A stretch of DNA of 32,000 nucleotides from Candidatus Harpocratesius repetitus (GTDB taxonomy: Archaea > Asgardarchaeota > Lokiarchaeia > Sigyniarchaeales > Promethearchaeaceae): positions 600,001 to 632,000 of the forward strand of contig JAIZWK010000001.1 of NCBI GenBank assembly GCA_021498095.1, read 5' to 3'. Below, piece by piece: positions 27,974-32,000 of this stretch. Below the pieces are notes generated by a model, which ran no database searches, was not told where the DNA came from, and saw nothing but the letters and a program-made list of their open reading frames with translations. The first letter of the stretch is position 1. Each line of letters begins with the position of its first letter. Made by a program: the position numbers and the translations under genes.

Positions 27974-28084
27974 TGGCGGAACCGACAGGATTCGAACCTG
28001 TGAGGGGCCAGATTAGAAGTCTGGTGCCATATATACCCGAAAAAAGTATTTAATGCTTTTTTCACCTGGCTAGGCAACGGTTCC
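27974..28084 (-). tRNA. tRNA-Arg(UCU) with D-loop intron and encoded CCA
   Basis: Acceptor GGAACCG/CGGTTCC; anticodon arm CCAGA-CTTCTAA-TCTGG; T arm ACAGG-TTCGAAT-CCTGT; 32-nt intron 28033-28064. Confidence 0.9.
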
Positions 28085-28236
28085 TTATCTGTACTAAAAA
28101 TTTTCCTTCGTACTGGATTTAATGAAAAAAAATATCACATTAATTTTGAATTTTTTGCTCATTATTTGTGGTGAATCTCAAATTTTTTATCGAGTCTCAA
28201 CTAATGTAAATACAAGAAGAAAAATGGTGATTGGGT

Positions 28237-28785
28237 GTGAAACTCGAAAAAGCTAATGAGACGGTTTGGGCAATAAGACGAAAGGATAAACCGGGGAAAT
28301 TTATTTGTCGTTCTACCGAAATGGGGGGAATTATTACACGTGTGTCCATTGCGTTGGAAAAGGGGGATGATTTAATTGAATTTGACATGTCACCTCAAGA
28401 ATTTCAGAGTTTTTTTGATATTTTAATTAATTTTAAAAATCTAGTTGAAGCACCTCTTGAAGAAAATATTGAACCCACTTCAGTTCAGAATCATTATATT
28501 CCTAACGAAGGAGCGATTGCAGAGTCAAAACCATGGACTCCATCAATTAGTCATTCAGAAGAGGATGAGATTGAACAATTAATCAGGAATTTTTCTGAGA
28601 TCACTCCTCCAACAGTTAGTTCTTCGAAACGTTCTATCCAGCGTTCAGGTCAAATACATCAGAAGGTTCCAAAATCAAAGGTTAAAATTACTGCAAAAAT
28701 ATCTGATCGTACAGCTCAAATTTCGACAAGTTCAAAGGCTTCAACTAAAGAACGTTTGAAAGAAACAGATTGGGACCCTTGGTAA
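28237..28785 (+). CDS. Hypothetical protein: compact N-terminal domain, low-complexity linker, DWDPW tail
   Basis: GTG 28237 with SD GGTGA 6 nt upstream; Ser/Pro/Thr-rich middle region. Confidence 0.7.
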   Translation: MKLEKANETVWAIRRKDKPGKFICRSTEMGGIITRVSIALEKGDDLIEFDMSPQEFQSFFDILINFKNLVEAPLEENIEPTSVQNHYIPNEGAIAESKPWTPSISHSEEDEIEQLIRNFSEITPPTVSSSKRSIQRSGQIHQKVPKSKVKITAKISDRTAQISTSSKASTKERLKETDWDPW

Positions 28786-28895
28786 AATTCTTTATTTTTT
28801 TTTCTTGTAATTGTTATTATACTTATGTATATATAGTAAACTTTTTTGAACTAATCTTTTATATTCTATATCAATATCTAAAATCTGTAATGCTA

Positions 28896-29306
28896 CTATG
28901 CGATTGCTGGGAAATTGACTGCAATCCGTTGAGCAGCAATACGGAAAATTTTCACAGTCTTCATTAAATTTTTAATATCTCGACCTGCGCCAATTAGGAC
29001 AAATCTACCTGCATTAGTAACAACTATATATCCATTATCTGCGCGGATAATGGCTTCAGAAAGTGGTTCTTCAAACATACTCATCATCCCCATTTTTCCA
29101 GTCATAACTAGTGCTGATGCAATTCCACTTAAAGCATCACTGTCAACTTGATAAGTAGGAAGTGCAGCATATGCGATTTGATATCCTGTGTCAGTAGTTA
29201 GTGCAATTGCTTCAATATTACAATTTGATGTAATATATGTTATTTCTGGTTCAAGTTTCAAAATATCTTCTGGATTTAGTCCAATATCGCTACCGAATTG
29301 TGTCAT
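28896..29306 (-). CDS. Roadblock/LC7 (MglB-like) domain protein
   Basis: IEAIALTTDTG..IA, DALSGIASAL, EAIIRADNGYIVV..AG..VL pattern. Confidence 0.88.
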   Translation of the reverse strand: MTQFGSDIGLNPEDILKLEPEITYITSNCNIEAIALTTDTGYQIAYAALPTYQVDSDALSGIASALVMTGKMGMMSMFEEPLSEAIIRADNGYIVVTNAGRFVLIGAGRDIKNLMKTVKIFRIAAQRIAVNFPAIA

Positions 29307-29508
29307 GCAGCTTCACCATTTTTTTTTGTGATCAAAAGGGCAGTTCTATAGTATAATATATAATACTAAGTTAATTGCCTAAATAAATAATCACACACAC
29401 AATTATTTAATATGGGATGTTCAATACTTATTTATAACATAATTATAAAATTGCGCAAATTTAATCACATTGATGTGCAATGGAAACTGAAAAAGGAACG
29501 GAATTGAA

Positions 29509-30846
29509 ATGAGTCAGTTAGAAGAGTTTCTTGAATTACAAGATAGAGTTACAAAGCTAGAAAATCTTTTAAAATCAAAAGAACATGAAATTAGCGAAAA
29601 AGACGATAAAATTTTGAAATTGAGCGAGAAAATCAATCAACTAACGAATGACGCAGTAAAAGCAGCATCAGATACGCGTCATTTTCGAAGTATGATGTCA
29701 GTTTTAGAAACAGATAAAAAAAATTTAGAACGAGAACGTGATCGATTAATTAAAGAAGTAGATGCATTAAATACTCAATTGAAGCAATTTGCTCATATGA
29801 TTGAAACAACAAATCAGACTATTCAAGCTAAAGAAGAAATGCTTTTATCAAAAGAAAAGCAATTACAGTCAAAAGATCTTCTAATAGTTGAGAAAGATGA
29901 AAAAATTGAAGATTTTCGGCGTAAGTTTGATGAAATGTCAGAGGCTACAGAAAAATATCAAGCTGAAAAATTCGCCTTTATGGAACAGCTTTCGAATGAA
30001 AAACTTGAATTAGTGGAGAAACTTGGAAAATTAGAGCGAGAATTGGAAGAAAGAGATCGTAAAATTAAAGATTTAAGGAAAAAAACCCGAGACGCTCAGG
30101 ATGGATTATTAGGTGCTTCATTAGAAATGGAGAAAATTAGGGAAGATTCTTCTAAAGCAGCTATGCAACTCCAAGAAGCAAATCAGGAAATTGCACAATT
30201 GAAAGAAGAACTGGAAAAAATGCAGCAAATTATCAATCAAACACCGGAACAGCGAAAAGAATTAGCATTACTTAGAAAGATAAATGATGAAAGTTCAAAA
30301 CCAGGAATAATTAAAAAATATAAGGAGAAAGTTGCTTCTTTGGAGTTAAAATTAAAGGAATGGCAAAAATTGGGTGCACAATCTGGAGTATCTAGTCCAA
30401 TTGAAACACCAGAAGATCTTTTTGAGCGAGAAACTGGAACATATCATAATATTTCCACATTAATCACACATTTTAAATTTCAAATGTCAAATGTAAATCG
30501 ATCAATACGTATAATTTTACCAGAATTATCTTTTATTGAAGATTATGGATTAAAGGAAACTTTACTTGATCTATCACCGATTGTTTTAAAAAATATTGCA
30601 TGTAATGTTGATCAATCGCGCGATAAGGCAATTCTAGATGAGCTGAAAGAGAATAATTTCAAAATTACAGATTACAAAGACACCAAGCTTTTTGCATTGA
30701 CTATTGATAATGTAAGTGCTGCAATTGCAGTATATGATGAAGATTCTAAAACTTTGACTGGATTATTTTCAAGTAACTCAGAATTGGTAAAGCTTTTATC
30801 ACAATCAATAATGACTCCGTTTATAAAAGGCACAAAACTTAATTAG
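29509..30846 (+). CDS. Long coiled-coil protein with C-terminal PLD/TrmB-like domain
   Basis: About 290 aa of Glu/Lys/Leu heptad-like sequence, then RSIRIILP..KLFALTID..AAIA..GLFS..PFIKGTKL. Confidence 0.8.
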   Translation: MSQLEEFLELQDRVTKLENLLKSKEHEISEKDDKILKLSEKINQLTNDAVKAASDTRHFRSMMSVLETDKKNLERERDRLIKEVDALNTQLKQFAHMIETTNQTIQAKEEMLLSKEKQLQSKDLLIVEKDEKIEDFRRKFDEMSEATEKYQAEKFAFMEQLSNEKLELVEKLGKLERELEERDRKIKDLRKKTRDAQDGLLGASLEMEKIREDSSKAAMQLQEANQEIAQLKEELEKMQQIINQTPEQRKELALLRKINDESSKPGIIKKYKEKVASLELKLKEWQKLGAQSGVSSPIETPEDLFERETGTYHNISTLITHFKFQMSNVNRSIRIILPELSFIEDYGLKETLLDLSPIVLKNIACNVDQSRDKAILDELKENNFKITDYKDTKLFALTIDNVSAAIAVYDEDSKTLTGLFSSNSELVKLLSQSIMTPFIKGTKLN

Positions 30847-30911
30847 ATTTTAAGGAAGAATATATTTTAAATGAGTTAATAACTAACATGATATATTAGG
30901 GGAAAAAAAAA

Positions 30912-31742
30912 ATGGAAGATCAATTATCACAAATTTCTCAAAAAATAGAAGAGATTAATGAAAATGTAAGTAAATTTGGAGTTTATCTATCTCAAAAGGA
31001 TCAAATTATTCTATCTAAAGATGAACGCATCCAAAGCTTAACAGAAAAATTAGTTACTGCTTCAAAGGAAAAAGATGAAGCTTTATGGGCAAAAATTGAA
31101 TTAATGAAAGAAATTGCAGCTGAACGTGAGCAAACCAATCGAGAAATCACAGAATTAAAAACGCAATTACTTGAAAAAGAAGAAAAGATAAAGAAATTAA
31201 AGCAAAAACAAAGACAAGCTCAAGATGGGTTAATTGGTACATCTTTTGAAGTAGATCGAATGAAAAAAGAAGTAGCAGAAAAAGAACGTAAAATCCAAGA
31301 AATAAAAGAAAAAGCAGATTCTGTTTCAATGGGTTTAACTGGAATTCTTTATGATATGGATATTGCAGTAGAATACCTTAAAGATCGAATAAAAAATGCT
31401 ACACGCTCTTTACGATTAGTGGTTCCGACAATGGAATTTTTAGAACAAAATGAAATTTTGGAGATGTTGGAACAACTACCAGAAAGCTCCGTTATCAATA
31501 TTGCTACTTCTTTGGATTTAAGTGAACATCAACCAATGATAGATTCGTGGAAAGAACGTGGATGGGTAGTAACTAATTATCCAGGAAAGAATTTCTTTAT
31601 GATAAGTGCTGACGGTTCAGATGTTTGTATTGCATTTACTTCTGGAACCCAAATTTCTGGTTTTTATTCGAATATTTCAGATTTAGTAACAATTTTCAAT
31701 CAAGCTTTAATGTATCCTTTCATAAAAGGACAGAAATTGTAA
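30912..31742 (+). CDS. Shorter paralogue: coiled coil plus the same C-terminal domain
   Basis: Shares R.AQDGL.G.S.E and PFIKG.KL with the upstream gene. Confidence 0.8.
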   Translation: MEDQLSQISQKIEEINENVSKFGVYLSQKDQIILSKDERIQSLTEKLVTASKEKDEALWAKIELMKEIAAEREQTNREITELKTQLLEKEEKIKKLKQKQRQAQDGLIGTSFEVDRMKKEVAEKERKIQEIKEKADSVSMGLTGILYDMDIAVEYLKDRIKNATRSLRLVVPTMEFLEQNEILEMLEQLPESSVINIATSLDLSEHQPMIDSWKERGWVVTNYPGKNFFMISADGSDVCIAFTSGTQISGFYSNISDLVTIFNQALMYPFIKGQKL

Positions 31743-31773
31743 TATATGAATAGTATTTTTTTTAAAATTTATT

Positions 31774-32000
31774 TTACTTTTTAATAACTGCATCAATTAC
31801 AGTAGTATCTAATGCAGGTGAATAAGGTTTAACTGAGCGAAAAAAAACTATTTTTTCTAATTTTAATCCTGATCTATTAAGAGCTGAGAGAAAACTCTGT
31901 TTTGCATTTTGATATACATCCGGTTTTTTAGAAAATTGATATATATGTAGTAAACATCCCTTTTTACTGATAAAATCTGGTAATATTGAAAGAAATTCTG
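31774..32000 (-). CDS. C-terminal part of a Trm5/Taw (Met-10+-like) tRNA methyltransferase, truncated by the window edge
   Basis: Minus-strand frame not in the ORF track reads EFLSILP...GCLLHIYQF...RSVKPYSP...VIDAVIKK-stop, matching the Trm5-family C-terminal pattern. Confidence 0.7.
   Translation of the reverse strand, partial: EFLSILPDFISKKGCLLHIYQFSKKPDVYQNAKQSFLSALNRSGLKLEKIVFFRSVKPYSPALDTTVIDAVIKK

Noticed and set aside
27831-28230. Integrative-element attachment site at the tRNA
   Set aside because: No second copy of the tRNA 3' end and no integrase noticed in the window by eye
29451-29477. Palindromes TTGCGCAA and CACAT-TG-ATGTG in the roadblock/coiled-coil spacer
   Set aside because: Arms of 4-5 bp with no second copies; consistent with chance
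1501-31329. Short ORFs antisense to or nested in longer genes (e.g. 1501, 1706, 2359, 3636, 3701, 6304, 7721, 10899, 13479, 14335, 14563, 14601, 15469, 17038, 17914, 18077, 21718, 25853, 28197, 28770, 31147)
   Set aside because: They overlap well-supported genes, have no motifs and show the composition of shadow frames

Overview
A very AT-rich 32 kb archaeal chromosomal segment, most likely from an Asgard archaeon of the Lokiarchaeia/Promethearchaeota type. This is inferred from a tailed histone, an MglA-like small GTPase, a roadblock protein and a longin/NPRL2-like protein occurring with archaeal core genes. Housekeeping genes: sua5, serS, rpl15e, RNA-binding protein, rnp3/Rpp30, rnp2/Pop5, ino1, HAD hydrolase, parvulin, tfb, an intron-containing tRNA-Arg(UCU), and a truncated Trm5-family gene at the right edge. 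Features not in the ORF track: (i) a candidate replication origin at about 9636-9820, with two ORB-like TTCCA-N-TGGAAATT boxes exactly 150 bp apart around a 50-bp pure A/T run, no orc1/cdc6 in the window, and adjacent wHTH and RHH genes with operator-like repeats; (ii) a box C/D sRNA at 22067-22129 whose D guide is predicted to direct 2'-O-methylation of the LSU P-loop G2251 equivalent; (iii) a 32-nt BHB intron in the tRNA D-loop. Uncharacterised modules: tandem PD-(D/E)XK nuclease paralogues beside the histone, two translationally coupled ~800-aa proteins, a radical SAM enzyme with a split cysteine motif, and a coiled-coil/PLD-like paralogue pair divergent from a roadblock gene. All family assignments come from motif recognition by eye; no searches were run.
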